A stretch of 63,401 bases of DNA, filler included, from Octopus bimaculoides (Eukaryota): the NCBI RefSeq assembly GCF_001194135.2. It is 7 parts of 7 records of this genome, joined end to end, with 100 filler letters (N's around TTAATTAATTAA, not from the genome) between each part and the next. Parts side by side here need not be neighbours in the genome. Positions count along the whole stretch, not along the records: positions 33,126 to 52,920 come from NC_068990.1; 6 more parts are not named here. One strand, 5' to 3'. Position 1 is the stretch's first letter, and the number at the start of each line of letters is the position of its first letter. The position numbers and the translations under genes were made by a program. Under the pieces are notes generated by a model that was not told the origin of the DNA, did not search any database, and saw nothing but the letters and a program-made list of their open reading frames with translations. Below, piece by piece: positions 37,639 through 50,949 of this stretch.

Positions 37639-38104
37639 CGCCTGCGCGCCTGCGCACCCACCGATCCCCCACCTCACATATATGTATGTGTATGTGATTG
37701 TACACGCACACACACATATATGAAATACATATGATCGAACAGACTCAAAAGGAGCTGGTATTTGCCTGGGCAAGGTTTTATATTATGTAGAAAATTGATT
37801 TAAAAAAGCCACAGTGAACTTGCCGTGAGGTGTAGAAAAATCCTACTTTCCCCAAAAGGACTCTGTCCGAAACGCTTCATTTTCTACTCCTCGCGGCAAG
37901 TTCACTCCCCACATTTTATCGATTTCACTACATACATGCATACATACATACATACATACATAAAAATTGAAGTTGAAAATTCACTGAGAATATTTAAAAT
38001 ATTTTTTATTAATATATTTAAAGCTTTAAATATATTAATAATAAATATTTTAACTATTCTCAGTGCATTTTCAACTTCTATTTTATCCTATGTGTGTGTG
38101 TGTT

Positions 38105-38141
<37 letters not shown>

Positions 38142-38223
38142 NNNNNNNNNNNNNNNNNNNNNNNNNNNNNNNNNNNNNNNNNNNNNNNNNNNNNNNNNNN
38201 NNNNNNNNNNNNNNNNNNNNNNN

Positions 38224-38267
<44 letters not shown>

Positions 38268-38270
<3 letters not shown>

Positions 38271-39463
38271 GGTCGTCCAGAAAGTTCTGAGCGTTTTTAA
38301 ACTAAATTTTTTAACGCTTCATTGAACACATCTGAAACGTAAGACAGTTAAAACTTTGCCATTGCTTGAAGTGGTTGTGCATCTCTTCTTTGTTCCTGAC
38401 TAAAGATTGATCTATCTTTCATTCCGGTTACACTTTATTGACATTTGAAATGGATAACCAAAAATTTTACATTCGCGTTGTAATGCTTTTCTTTATTTTT
38501 TTTTTTTTAAAGGACAAAATGCTGCAAAGACTTCCAAAAACGTTTGTGAAGTTTATGGTGATTATGCTGTAAGTGAATCAACTGTTTGAAAGTGGTTTGC
38601 AAAATTTAAAGCTGGAGAGTTCAGCTTGGAACATGACAGTCGCAGCGGAAGACCTTCAAAACTGGAGGTTCATGAACACCTCGTGAAGCTAGGATACATT
38701 TCTCGCTATAATGTTTGGGTTCCTCACAAAAACAGTAAATAATCGCAGGGACCGGTATTCGGCTTGTGATATGCCTTTGAAACGAAATGAAAGCTTCCTT
38801 TTTTTGAAACAACTTGTGTCTGGAGATAAAAATGTGTTGTGTACGAAAACGTAGTGTGAAAAAGATCTTGGAGTTTGCGTGAAGATCCCCCCACCAAAGC
38901 AGCAACCAAAGACGAATATCCATGCCAAAAAAGCTATGCTTTGTGTTTCGTGGGATCATATAAAGGCTTCTCCCACAAAACCAAACCGTTAATTCTGATA
39001 TGTACTGTCGTCAGCTGGCTAATTTGAACCAAAAAAAATTCAAAGAATTGATGTCGGAGATGGCAAACAGGAAAGGGGTAGTGTTCCAACAAGACAATGC
39101 CCAATCACATGTTTTTTTGACTACCCGAACAAAGTTACATGAACTTGGTTGGGATCTCTTACCCCATCCACTATATTCTCCTGATATTGCGCCATCCGAC
39201 TACCATTTGTTTTTGTCACTACAGAACTCATTGCAAGGAAAAACATTTAACGATTTAGATGGAGCTAAAATGCATCTATATAACTTGTTTTCTTCAACAC
39301 TAGTCAAATTTTATGCTGATGGAATATTTAAATTGCCTGATGGATGGGCAAAGTTCATTAATAATAATGCAAATTATTTCATTGAGTGAAATTTATTGAA
39401 AGATCAATTATTTATATCCTTTTTTGCATATTAAAAAACGCCCAGAACTTTTCGGACAACCTA

Positions 39464-39464
<1 letters not shown>
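38268..39464 (+). mobile_element. mariner (DD34D) transposon with both TIRs, internally deleted and inactive
   Basis: TIRs ttaggtcgtccagaaagttctgagcgttttt and aaaaacgcccagaacttttcggacaacctaa|TA. Transposase motifs KWFAKFK..RSGRP, NVWVPH, FQQDNA and YSPDIAPSDYHLF. Confidence 0.93.
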
Positions 39465-39495
<31 letters not shown>

Positions 39496-39987
39496 GTGTA
39501 TGTATGTATGTATAAGTTAAAATAGGATAGATATTTGATTTATTGAAATTATTAGGAAAGATATCGAGGATAAAAAATTCTCCCAAGCCGACTTGCTGTT
39601 TGCGTTAAATGAAATGAAAATCTTCTCTGTTATTTCCTTGAGCTCGTTTTCGTTTCATTTATGCAACTTAAGCGAGTCATAAATGTGATCTCCCCTTTCT
39701 TGTATATTTCTAAGTGTCTTTTTAAAAGGAAATAAAGTAGAACAGTTGCTGTGTTGCAGGTGCCTTTTGTCTCTAGACAACCAGAATGTCTTTTCCTTAA
39801 TGGTATGTCAGTTTTGAAGAGTTCTTCCCTCTTGAGATTATCTCCCTTTCTTATCTGGACTTTGTACCATTTGCCACCAGGCGTTTGATCTACCCTCTCT
39901 CGAAGTGGAAATCATGTCCACAAATGAATAATTTATCTTATATGTTATTTAATATAATCCTTATTCAGATTTGATATTGAAATATAT

Positions 39988-40530
39988 GTCGCTGGGTCGG
40001 CTGAAATGTTTATAGGCTGATCAAGATATTCTCAGGGAATGTGACCAAATGAGATCTTGATAGCTTTTCGTAAATGTCTCAGCAAGTTGGCATAGTACTC
40101 AAAATTGATGGTGTGGCCCTTTTGAGTTCAATAAATGCAGTAAATTCACACTTCTTCCATTGGTGTTGCAATGCTAGGATCCCATTGGTGAAGAAGCTTT
40201 CATCCTGTTGGTCAAAAAATCATCAACAGCAGATATGACGTCATCATCACTGCGATACTGTTTCCCATCCAAGTGTTTTTTTATGTTGGGAAATAGATAA
40301 TAGATGGGACCAAACCAGGAGAATAGGTAGGCGATCAACCTGTTCAAAGCTACAGTCATACACAACAGCCATTAAAAGCAAGGACTTGTGTGAAGGGGTG
40401 TTGCCCTGATGAAAAAAGAACCTTTTCATCTTGGGCGTTTATCTTGATAGCCTTTCGTAACTGTCTCAGCAAGTTGGCATAGTACTCTACATTGATGGTG
40501 TGGCCCTTTTGAGTTCAATAAATACATGCC
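39988..40530 (-). mobile_element. Second mariner-family fragment, rearranged
   Basis: Minus strand KVLFHQGNTPSH..YLFPNIKKHLDGKQYRSDDDVISAV. The segment encoding KG.TIN.EYYANLL occurs twice (about 40061-40140 and 40446-40527). Confidence 0.75.
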
Positions 40531-40559
40531 TTTGCATCTCAACTGCACCTTACACCTAA

Positions 40560-41134
40560 TAATCAAGGGGGTTGCAGTCTGGGGAGTTAGGTAGCCATAT
40601 GTTAGGGGTGATGTGGTCGCATAAATTGTCTGACAACTATGAGTGGGTTCTGCTTGCGTGGCATGGTGCAGAGTCTTGTTGTCAGACATAGGGTCTTCCA
40701 GCAGCCACCTTCTTGACCAAGGACAGCACTACCACCTCCAGGCATTTGATGTAGACCTCTGTATTGAGTTTGAGTTCGCGTGGGAAGATGAATGGAGACA
40801 TAACGTCACCATCACTAGTGATCACTCCAAACATCATGATGTTGACTGTATGTTTGATTTTTATCACTCTCGGTTCATGTCCTCAGATTGCACTGTCCTC
40901 AGATTGACACCCAAACACTCTGAAATGTTCGTATTGGAGCTTCTGGTGCGAATGCCAAGCAGTACAGCATGTCGTTTCCAAATTTCTGCAGAGTGAATTA
41001 CGTTATGGTGCTGTTTTTCTCACAGACAGTGCCCATCTGACGCTACTATACTGTGTAGTCGACAAAATCAAAAACAAACAACGCGCATATGCGAAATTAA
41101 AAATATAACATGGAGACAATTTACCCATCGCATG

Positions 41135-41137
<3 letters not shown>
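40560..41137 (-). mobile_element. maT/Tc1-like transposon fragment, internally deleted
   Basis: KHTVNIMMFGVITSDG..QDSAPCH and PNSPDCNPLDY motifs; terminus TA|cagcatgcgatgggtaaattgtc on the minus strand. Confidence 0.75.
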
Positions 41138-41169
<32 letters not shown>

Positions 41170-41394
41170 AATGTGTCTCTATGTTTGCTTTTGTCCCCTC
41201 TAACCGCTTGACATCCAGTGTTGGATTGGTTACGGTCCTGTAACTTAGCGGTTCAGCAATGAGACCGACTGATTAGATACCAGGCTTAAAAAACAAGTGC
41301 TGGAGTTGATTTGTTCGACTAAATCCTTCAATGTGATGGTCGCAGTCTATAATAACTAAAGACGCATGTATACATACATATCCTAGCTAGCTAG

Positions 41395-41416
41395 TCAGCT
41401 AATTAGCTAGCTATTT

Positions 41417-41477
<61 letters not shown>
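41395..41477. repeat. (GCTA)/(GTTA)n tetranucleotide microsatellite
   Basis: Directly visible. Confidence 0.95.
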
Positions 41478-42330
41478 GCTAAGGACCACAATTCCGTGAC
41501 CACTTTCAAGGGTTGAGGGTAAATGTTTAGGGCAAAATTATGGCTGCAATACGTAGCGGAGAGGCTTTAAATAAACTGACAGTATTATTAAGTCGTGAGA
41601 CTTCACAATATTGTAAGAGTACTTACAATATTGTAGATAGCAATAGAGAACAACATAACATTTTATTGTATCTCATGCAACACGGCAAAAAAAAAAAAGA
41701 ATAATATTCCTTTTAATATATAAATGTGTGACTAAAAAATATCAGATCTACACCTGCGATTATATATGATAGAGTTTGTTTGTTAGTATCTCTATACTTT
41801 CGATAATCAGTTTTCCACCAGACGGGGGAGCCAATTATATCTTAAGTGGTTCACGGAATTTTAGTCCTTGTCTTGCCAAAACTGGTAATAACTGTTTAAC
41901 ATATGAAATATGCAATGATCATTAAATGTTTTCACATACACACACAGAACTGTTATCTTAATCATGCTGAGCTGTATATTGCGCTCCATATTGTTTCCCG
42001 TTGTTGAATATAAATAATTTGTTGATAATTAAAATCGATATAACTCATGTGAAGGGAATCACATTTAGATATTGTATAAGAACACATATGAGCGCATTTG
42101 CGCGCACACACATTAACACACACATACACACACGCACGCACAAACACTCCTATATTTTTGTGTGTATGCGTATATAAGTGTGTGGGTGTGTGGGTGTTTG
42201 TATCTATGTATATATACATATATAGATAGAAAGATGAAAGATATATGAATATATACGTGTATACATACAAACACGCACACACACATACACACACACACAC
42301 ACACACACATATACATATATACATATATAC

Positions 42331-42374
<44 letters not shown>

Positions 42375-43544
42375 NNNNNNNNNNNNNNNNNNNNNNNNNN
42401 NNNNNNNNNNNNNNNNNNNNNNNNNNNNNNNNNNNNNNNNNNNNNNNNNNNNNNNNNNNNNNNNNNNNNNNNNNNNNNNNNNNNNNNNNNNNNNNNNNNN
42501 NNNNNNNNNNNNNNNNNNNNNNNNNNNNNNNNNNNNNNNNNNNNNNNNNNNNNNNNNNNNNNNNNNNNNNNNNNNNNNNNNNNNNNNNNNNNNNNNNNNN
42601 NNNNNNNNNNNNNNNNNNNNNNNNNNNNNNNNNNNNNNNNNNNNNNNNNNNNNNNNNNNNNNNNNNNNNNNNNNNNNNNNNNNNNNNNNNNNNNNNNNNN
42701 NNNNNNNNNNNNNNNNNNNNNNNNNNNNNNNNNNNNNNNNNNNNNNNNNNNNNNNNNNNNNNNNNNNNNNNNNNNNNNNNNNNNNNNNNNNNNNNNNNNN
42801 NNNNNNNNNNNNNNNNNNNNNNNNNNNNNNNNNNNNNNNNNNNNNNNNNNNNNNNNNNNNNNNNNNNNNNNNNNNNNNNNNNNNNNNNNNNNNNNNNNNN
42901 NNNNNNNNNNNNNNNNNNNNNNNNNNNNNNNNNNNNNNNNNNNNNNNNNNNNNNNNNNNNNNNNNNNNNNNNNNNNNNNNNNNNNNNNNNNNNNNNNNNN
43001 NNNNNNNNNNNNNNNNNNNNNNNNNNNNNNNNNNNNNNNNNNNNNNNATATATACATATATATATATATGAACTGGACATATTCTAAAGCCTAACTGCTT
43101 TAACTATTCGCCAAAGAGGATGTTGAATTCACTTCTAGACAGAGAATTTTTCGGTATGGGTGATATCACTGATTTCTGATCTTTAGTTGGTTGATTAAAC
43201 ATTTCTCTGGAATCAATGTAAGCAGATAATTATCTTGAGATAACTGTGCCTGGTGCCAAGACAAACTACAGCAGTCAAAGTTTGGCAAAATTCCACTTCC
43301 ACATGATGCCAGTAGCGAGGAAACGAAACATTTGGTGTGGAAATATTAGAATAGCATTTTCTTTTCAATGGCACATAATTCAATGTTTTGTTTATTGTTT
43401 TAAAAAGCACAAGAAATGGACGCCGTGGTGTTTATGCCTTTTTCCAAATGACTTATCACGAACATACTAGAATTATGAAATGAATGGTAGCTTTGAAATA
43501 TAAATTAACCACCCATTTAAATCCTGAGCATTCTGAAATTACTT

Positions 43545-43872
43545 CAACCACAAGTTTTCGGGTTCAATCCCACTGCGTAACACCTTGAGTAAGTGTTTTA
43601 TGTTATCCTAGACCGACCAATGCCTTGGGATTGAATTCGGTAAACAGAAAATGTGTGGAAGCCCATTGTATACACGTGTATGTATATTATGTATGTGCGT
43701 GTGTTTTCGTTTGTACCCATACCGCCTTGATAACAGGTGTTGGTTTGTTTATGTTTCTGTAGCCTCGTGGTCCGGCAAAAGTGACCGATAAAGTAAGTAC
43801 CAGACTTTAAAAAGTACAGATAGTGGGGTCAATTTGTTTGACTAAGCCCTTCAGTCTGAAACAAGTAAAGAA
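43545..43872 (+). mobile_element. CORE-SINE-like family B copy
   Basis: gggttcaatcccactgcgtaacaccttgagtaagtg...ccggcaaaagtgaccgataaagtaagtaccag. Confidence 0.85.
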
Positions 43873-43890
43873 TAGAATTACACTGCTGTT

Positions 43891-43927
43891 TCTCGCATAG
43901 CTCAGTCGGTAGAGCATCAGACATTTA
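43891..43927 (+). pseudogene. 5' half of a tRNA-Lys(TTT)-like sequence
   Basis: atagctcagtcggtagagcatcagac equals the D-arm and anticodon 5' stem of eukaryotic tRNA-Lys(UUU). There is no T-arm or B box downstream. Confidence 0.7.
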
Positions 43928-44945
43928 TAAAAGCAACCATTATTAGCGTACAGCCAACTGTCACTCACAAGTGAGCACGGCTTAGTAGCATGTACCTTAC
44001 TTTCGTTAACTGCTTCGGGTGCCTATGTGATCACGAGCAGGTATATCTACCTTCTTAACCTCTTTGTTCTTGACCCAACGGCATTTACAGGATGTGACAG
44101 TTATAAGGAAAGAGAAAGGCCAGGAGAGAGAGAGAGGGGGGAATGAGAAAGAGAGAGCTGCACCAACACCCGCCAACCAGTAGTCACAGCCGAGTAGATT
44201 GGAACAAGGTAAAAGGAAGTGTCTTGCTCAAGAACACGTCATTGCCTAATCCAGAAATTGAACTCGCGACATTTTGATCATGAGCTGAACATCTCTAACC
44301 ATTATGCTACGGGCCTTCATTTGCACGGCATTATAATACTAAACCACATTAAATTACACTTCATTACATTGCGCTCCTTTACCCTTCACCGTCGTTTCCA
44401 CATTACATCCTACTACACCGCTGTACACTGCATTACTCTGTATTTTGTTTACGCTCAACAGCACTATTAACCCACATCATTATAACGCACTAAATAATGC
44501 ACAAAATAATATACTGTTGTATTAGCCTACACTATATATATGTATGATAAAGGATCTCTATTGGTTTCGATTACTAGTAATTGAACTAGCTACTTACTGA
44601 ATTAGCATGCAAGCGGTTGAGTATTTCACAGACATGTGTACAAGTAACGTCATTTACAAACGAAATCAGTGTAACACAGTAAGAGAAGGTTGGTCCTATA
44701 AATGATCTATAGTTTATTTTCCGCGTTACCGCCCAGTCCCCATCCATCAAATTCCATTCATAAGCCTTGCTCCAACCTGAAACACACAAAATGTCATACG
44801 GTAAGATCGAACTCAGGAGCTCGTGGATTACTTATTGACCTTAATCATTCCGTCACGTTACCTCCTACAGGTATCAGACTTGTGAATACCATACATGCCT
44901 ACATTACACTGCATTATTACCCTGCATTATTATCCTACTCTCCAT

Positions 44946-45370
44946 GGCGGTGAACTGGCAGAATCGTTAGCACGTCGGGTAAAATGCTTAGCAGCATTTC
45001 GTCCTTCTTTAAGCTCTAAGTTCAAATTCCGCCGAGGTCGAGTTTGTCTTGCCTCCTTTAAAATATGTACCAGTTGAACACTGGGATCGATGTAATCAGC
45101 TTATCCTCACCCCGAAACTGCTGGCCTCGTGCCAAAATTTGAAACCATTATATTACACTTTACTAAGGCAGCAAGCTGGCAGCAGAATTATTAATGCGTC
45201 GAACAAAATGCTTAGCGGTATCTCTTCCAGCTCTTTACGTTCTAAGACCGACTTTGCCTTTCATCTTTTGGAGTTTGATAAAATAAGTGCCAACTGAGAA
45301 CTGGTGTCAATGTAGCTGACATACCACCTTCTCTTAAAATTTTTGGCCTTGTGCCAAAATTAGAAAGAAT
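44946..45370 (+). mobile_element. Two tandem family A SINE copies (44946-45148 and about 45168-45370)
   Basis: ggcggtgaactggcagaatcgttagcacg...ttcaaattccgccgaggtcga...; second copy ggcagaattattaatgcgtc...gcctttcatcttttggagtttgataaaataagt. Confidence 0.88.
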
Positions 45371-45476
45371 AATATTACACTTCATTGTTACAATATGCAA
45401 CGGTTCTATATTACACTCTATATATTGTATATATACATAGCTTATATATACATTGATAAACATTATGTATACTGAA

Positions 45477-46399
45477 ATAAAATAATAAGGGAGAAAGTAT
45501 GCAGCCCTCTCGAACTCCTGTTTTTACTTCGAATTTATCCGTAGCTCCGTTTCCATGCAAGACTCGGCACGACATTCCTTGGTAAGTTGCTCTTATTATA
45601 GATATATACTTGTCTGGTATGCTGCAGTGCTGCATAATTCTCCATAAGCCTTCCCTGTCTACACTATCGAATGCTTTTTGAAATCTATAAAATTAATATA
45701 AAGCAGTGTATTCCACTCTGCGCTTTGCTCTAAGATGAAGCGAAGAGTGGCAATTTGATCTACACATGAACGGTTCTTCCTAAATCCGGCTTGTTCTTTA
45801 CGCAACAATTTGTCGACTGCTGTCCTCATCCGCTCCAAAAGTATCCTGTTAAAAACTTTTCCGGGAGTTGATAATAACATAATCCCTCTATAGTTTCCGC
45901 AAACGCTTAAATCACCTTTTTTTGGCAATTTTACGATGAGTCCCTCTTTCCAATCATTAGGCACATTTTCTTCCTGCCATATCTTAGAAAATAATGGATG
46001 AAACATTTCTACCGCTATTACTATAGCTGATTTCATTGCTTCAGCTGGAATATTGTCTACACCACCCGCTTTCCATTCTTGAGGGATTGTATAGCCTTTC
46101 TTATTTCAAACTTGGACGGTGGATCAAGGCTGATGTTAAGATCCAAATTTCTTGGCACAATGTTGGCTATAGTGTCTGGCAAATCTTCAAAATGCTTCTA
46201 TTCAGCAAATCTTCAAAATGCTCCTTCCATCGATTTTTTTTTTTTTTTTGTTCTAGAATTGATGTTAGCGTCCGGCCATTCTTCCCTTTTACTGCCTTTT
46301 CTACTCTTACTCTCTTCCCAGATAGTAATTTAGTTGTGTTGTACAGCTCTTTCATGTTCTGGCGCTGAGCTGCACTTTCTGCTGACGTTGCTAAATTTT
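45477..46399 (-). mobile_element. RTE-clade LINE, inverted 5' segment (linker plus RT motifs)
   Basis: IWQEENVPNDWKEGLIVKLPKKGDLS.CGNYRGIMLLS..EQAGFR..FIDFKK[AFDSVDR]..KTGVREGCILSPLLF. Confidence 0.93.
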
Positions 46400-46594
46400 N
46401 NNNNNNNNNNNNNNNNNNNNNNNNNNNNNNNNNNNNNNNNNNNNNNNNNNNNNNNNNNNNNNNNNNNNNNNNNNNNNNNNNNNNNNNNNNNNNNNNNNNN
46501 NNNNNNNNNNNNNNNNNNNNNNNNNNNNNNNNNNNNNNNNNNNNNNNNNNNNNNNNNNNNNNNNNNNNNNNNNNNNNNNNNNNNNNNNNNNNNN

Positions 46595-46954
46595 CAGGTG
46601 CTTGCGTAGTATACTTAAAATTAGATGGCCCGAACACATAAGCAATATGGAGCTATGGCAAAGAACGAATCAAGTTTCGATTAGGGAGCAAATATTTAAG
46701 AAAAAGGGGAAGTGGATTGGTAGCACAATTAGAAAAGACATCAAATGTAACGAAAAGTGCTTTACAGTGGAATCCAGATGGATATAGAAAGAGGGGTAGG
46801 CCTAAGAACTCGTGGCGTAGATCAACACAAAAGGAACTAGAGAAAGGGGGACATTCATGGCAGAGTATAAGTACAGAAGCGAAAAATTATGCGACATGGA
46901 ATTCAATTATAAGTGGCCTATACTCCGCGTTGGAGGGCTAAAGGCAAGAAGAAG
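46595..46954 (+). mobile_element. RTE-clade LINE 3' end, sense orientation, with (AAG)n tail
   Basis: RCLRSILKIRWPEHISN..WIG..ALQWNPDG.RKRGRPKNSWRR..., followed by aagaagaaga. Confidence 0.9.
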
Positions 46955-47759
46955 ATATATACTGAACTACATTCCAAACAATACTGTACTTCACAACATG
47001 ATTACATTAGACTTCAAGACATGGATGTTTGTCGGTTTCGGTGATGAGTATTCCAGTTGTTTGACCAGTTGAACTACTTTTTCATTTATTTATACTGTAA
47101 TTGGTTGAATATTCCACATACACATGTACTCCTAAACATAACCATCAGACAGGATTAGTATGTGTAAAAACAGTCCTTTGATTACAAAAACGGTCCATCA
47201 GATGACCTGGCTCATCGTTTACATCTACTCAATTTGTCAATATGAGGTTGTCGGTAAACTTACACTTAGCCAAGTTGTCACACTATTGGATCGAACTTAG
47301 GACCTCCTGATTCAAAGTCAGTTTCTTAACATAGCCACGCCCGCCTGCATCCACTCCGACACGACACTACTACTCAATACTATTTCTATTCTACTACATA
47401 ATATCACATTTCACTGAAAGTTTTTACGTCCCCATATATTTTTCCATGAATGTTATGGAATAACAGGAATGATAGAACCAGAATATCTTTTGTCTCGTTA
47501 CATTCTGTATTTAAATATTTTAAACACTAAATAAATAAAATATAAAACACTTGTATATTTAGCCTCGTGGGTCGTATTAACAAACAAGCAAAACGTTTAA
47601 TGCAAAATGTTTGAAAACACATTGGTGTGTGCATATGCAGTAAACGAGCAAGTGTAAAATTTAATACAACATAAAAATAGATTAAAAGTTTTTAGACAAT
47701 TTATTATAAACAAAGGCAAGGGAATAGACATGTTATCCAGAGAAGATCAGACAGCCTTG

Positions 47760-49150
47760 CACTCCAGGAACTCCATGCCGTCCCCGATAGCATTCGTCAG
47801 GCAAAATTAAAGTATTGCCCCACACCTCATACGTACCAGTTTTATTAGTTGTAACCATCTTTCACGAAATTTGTCCGAGAGAAACAACAAACCTTCCATC
47901 GACACCAACTGATTATAGAAAAACTTAAAGAATCTGACGGGAGAAAAGTCGGGAGAATTGAGTCCTATCTTGGTCATTTCAAATGTGTTCATCGTAAGCA
48001 ATTTTGTCATAGCCGAAAGAGGGTTATTAACTATCGATAAATTCCCCCTTGTTTGCATCCTCCTTCAGCAGCATCCCTACTAGCCGGCTCACACAGCAGG
48101 AAATGCTCGCAATCTGCTGCCAGTTGTTAAAGATGTTTTCGAAGAGAGGAACGAACAGGTCTGATATATGTCCATAAAACTAGTAGCACAGACCGTCCAA
48201 AACCCGTGCAACACTCGATCAGAGCTTCTACTTGTTTGTCAGCTGCCGTTATCGACTTTTCACAGCACACCACCTCTCCTACGGAGATTTGTTGCAGGCC
48301 TTCGAGGTAGGCATCGAAGGTCGTCGTTCATTTGAGAAAGAACCGGAGGAGAACCGGAGGCGAACCGGAGGAGAACCGGTCGCGGAGGAAAATAGCAAAG
48401 GTATATTCATGCACGTGTCTAATACTGTGGTGCTTGCGTCAGTATCTGTATCGGTATTGTATTTTCGTGTCGGTCGCGGCGGGAGAGGTATTGTTGCTGC
48501 TCTTTTCTGGTTTTCGTGCTATTTGAGTCGATAAACTTCCCATGCTCTTCCATCATCGTTATTAAAAAAAGATGCTTCTATCCAGTGACACACCATTCAG
48601 TATCACCTTGATTATCTCCCTCCCTATTTATGACGTCAGTGGCATATAGTCCATGGAAGAACATGCTATGGTCGAACGCCTCTTAGCCTTTTCTGCAATG
48701 GCATACAATATCATCTCTATCCTTTTATATACATGCGATATGGCACTCCACGCGTCTTCAATCACTGATGTGGAGTGGTTGTTTTGCTTTTCATATTTAT
48801 ACATTTGTACATGATCTGAGTGTTTTTCTTCACTCTCTGCTTCAGGAAGGGTCAACACATCAAACCGGAGAATGAAAGCCCTATATTTTTGAGTGAAGGC
48901 TCTTTCCTTAGCAAGTGAGTGTACAGTGCAGGAACTCATTTCTTAGGTGAGGAAGGGAGATGGCTTTCTTGCTAGTGGTGATGATATTTGCAGAATTATT
49001 AACTTTTGGTTATTTTAGGTATCTTGTTGCTACTCTGATGATAATGGTACTGGCGTTGGCCATGACAGCGTTGTTCGTTACCCGTCGTTTCAGAGGGGTC
49101 GATTGGATAAAGTGACATTCTTGATATTTCAACAAAATGGATCTCTTCCT
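47760..49150 (-). mobile_element. Highly decayed L1/Tx1-like LINE (endonuclease-like part, linker, RT N-terminus, C-terminus)
   Basis: LEGLQQIS..CCEKSITA..VEAL and FVPLFENIFNNWQQ..LLKEDANKG resemble the Tx1 RT N-terminus; ..KFRERW..LVRM resembles the Tx1 C-terminus; ORF 48628-48939 ends near a TDH-like APE motif. The APE assignment is weak. Confidence 0.55.
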
Positions 49151-49768
49151 AGGTCCAGAGCTAAGAAAAACCCACACGCTTCACAGTAAATTTTCAACAA
49201 TAATCATATGCAATAAAACAAGTACCAACAATAAATTTAGTCAAATTTATGGCAACTGTAAATTGCATAGAGACCAACTAGAAAGCAATAATCTAGCTAA
49301 TATTAAAAAAAGCCTGAGATACAGATCATTGAATATAATAAAAACAAAACAAATATGAAATGGCAAGGGGGAAAAATAATCAGCTGATGACAGGGCTATA
49401 GTCAATAAACTACCACAATGAAATTAATCGTATTATCCGAGAAAATATTTAATTAGTAATGTAGATTCGGGAAATCAAAAATAGATGTCGACATTAGCAT
49501 GACATTTTTCATTAATTTGCTATTGGGATAAAATGTTGCGGTCAAATATGACTCAGCATCAGCTGGGTTTCATAATGAAAAATATAATTATGGGAAGGTT
49601 GTGTGCACGTGTGTGTATGTATGTAATGTACATAAATGTAATGTATGTATGTATGTATGTATGTATGTATGTATGTATGTATGTATGTATGTATGTATGC
49701 ATGTATGCATGCATGTATGTATGTACGTATGTGTGTCTGCGTATATACATACATTCACATACATACAT

Positions 49769-49802
<34 letters not shown>

Positions 49803-49812
49803 NNNNNNNNNN

Positions 49813-49857
<45 letters not shown>

Positions 49858-49959
49858 CACTTATTGATTTCAGCCAGAAGCTGTGGACATGCTAGGACAC
49901 TGCCATTAGCGTTAATGCTTGTTTATTTTAGACTCATTTCTTGCACTGATGTGGTTTCA

Positions 49960-50430
49960 TCTGGTATATTGGATAAAAGTTGTCTAAATGTTCTTTGAAC
50001 ACATCCCCATCTACTCCTCAGAGACCTCTGAGGACGTTTCGCAAGGTATTGAAAAGTTACGCGCTTTTGAACCTTAGACTATTACAATATTAGGTCCTTA
50101 CCTTGGGCGGAGAAAGTGGCATCCTGTCCAGTGATTGATAAGGCTTTTGAATCCCAATGTTGGCTACTGGACCTTCCAGGATCTTCCATGTAATAATCAC
50201 AACATTAATTTCGTATCTTTGCTCTCGGGTGTAGAGCCGCAGCTCTTTTAGCTTCTCCCAATAGGTCATCTGTTACACCGAAGCGATCTTCTTGATGTAT
50301 TGGTGTTGGATTGCTTCGAATTCTCCTATTAGCTTGACGCTTCGTGGCGACCATAACTAGGGACAGTAATCCAAGTCACTGAGAGCATAGGAGTCCATAG
50401 GAGCCAGATGGTTTCCGTTTACCGTGTCCT
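49960..50430 (-). mobile_element. CR1/L2-group LINE 3' fragment
   Basis: LDYC..WSPRSVKLIGEFEAIQ..IKKI..QMTYWEKLKELRLY, homologous to 33902-34243. Confidence 0.8.
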
Positions 50431-50949
50431 TAATGATCTCAGAATTCAAGAGAGGCGGAGAGAAAGAAGGGTGTTAAGAAATCGATGGAAACTAGCTAGC
50501 AGAATGGGTGACCACGAAGATGATACTCGTTAGGCTATGGTAGTAGCGGTTGTAGTGGTAGTGGTGGTAATAGTGTGATGATACTAGTGATGGTTATGAT
50601 TATTATCATTATCAGACACACGATATCTATCGTTTTAGTATTTGAATAGATAGGTTAATAGATTAATATTGGTGTTCTTTGGAGTAAGAAAAACAATGTC
50701 GTTCTATTTCAGTTACATTGTATGGGTGAATTCAATGTAGATAGTAGAAAACAAACCTGTTATGAAGGTATAGGGAAGGGAAAGGAGGAGAGGGATAGAG
50801 AGACTAAGTTGAAGAAAAATCATTGCAACATTAAGAAAGGTAGAGATGGCTATTGTTGCTTTTGAAGATGATAAAAGGTTATAAGGCTTGATACTTGCGA
50901 GTTTGATTCTAAAGATGACGATGACGTGGGAAAATGATATTTTTCTTTC

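Noticed and set aside
49381-49570. Inverted cagctgatg motifs with a decayed hammerhead-like stem (ggtca/tgacc) on the minus strand
   Set aside because: The core is mutated at several conserved positions (CTGATGC, GCAAC), too degenerate to call.
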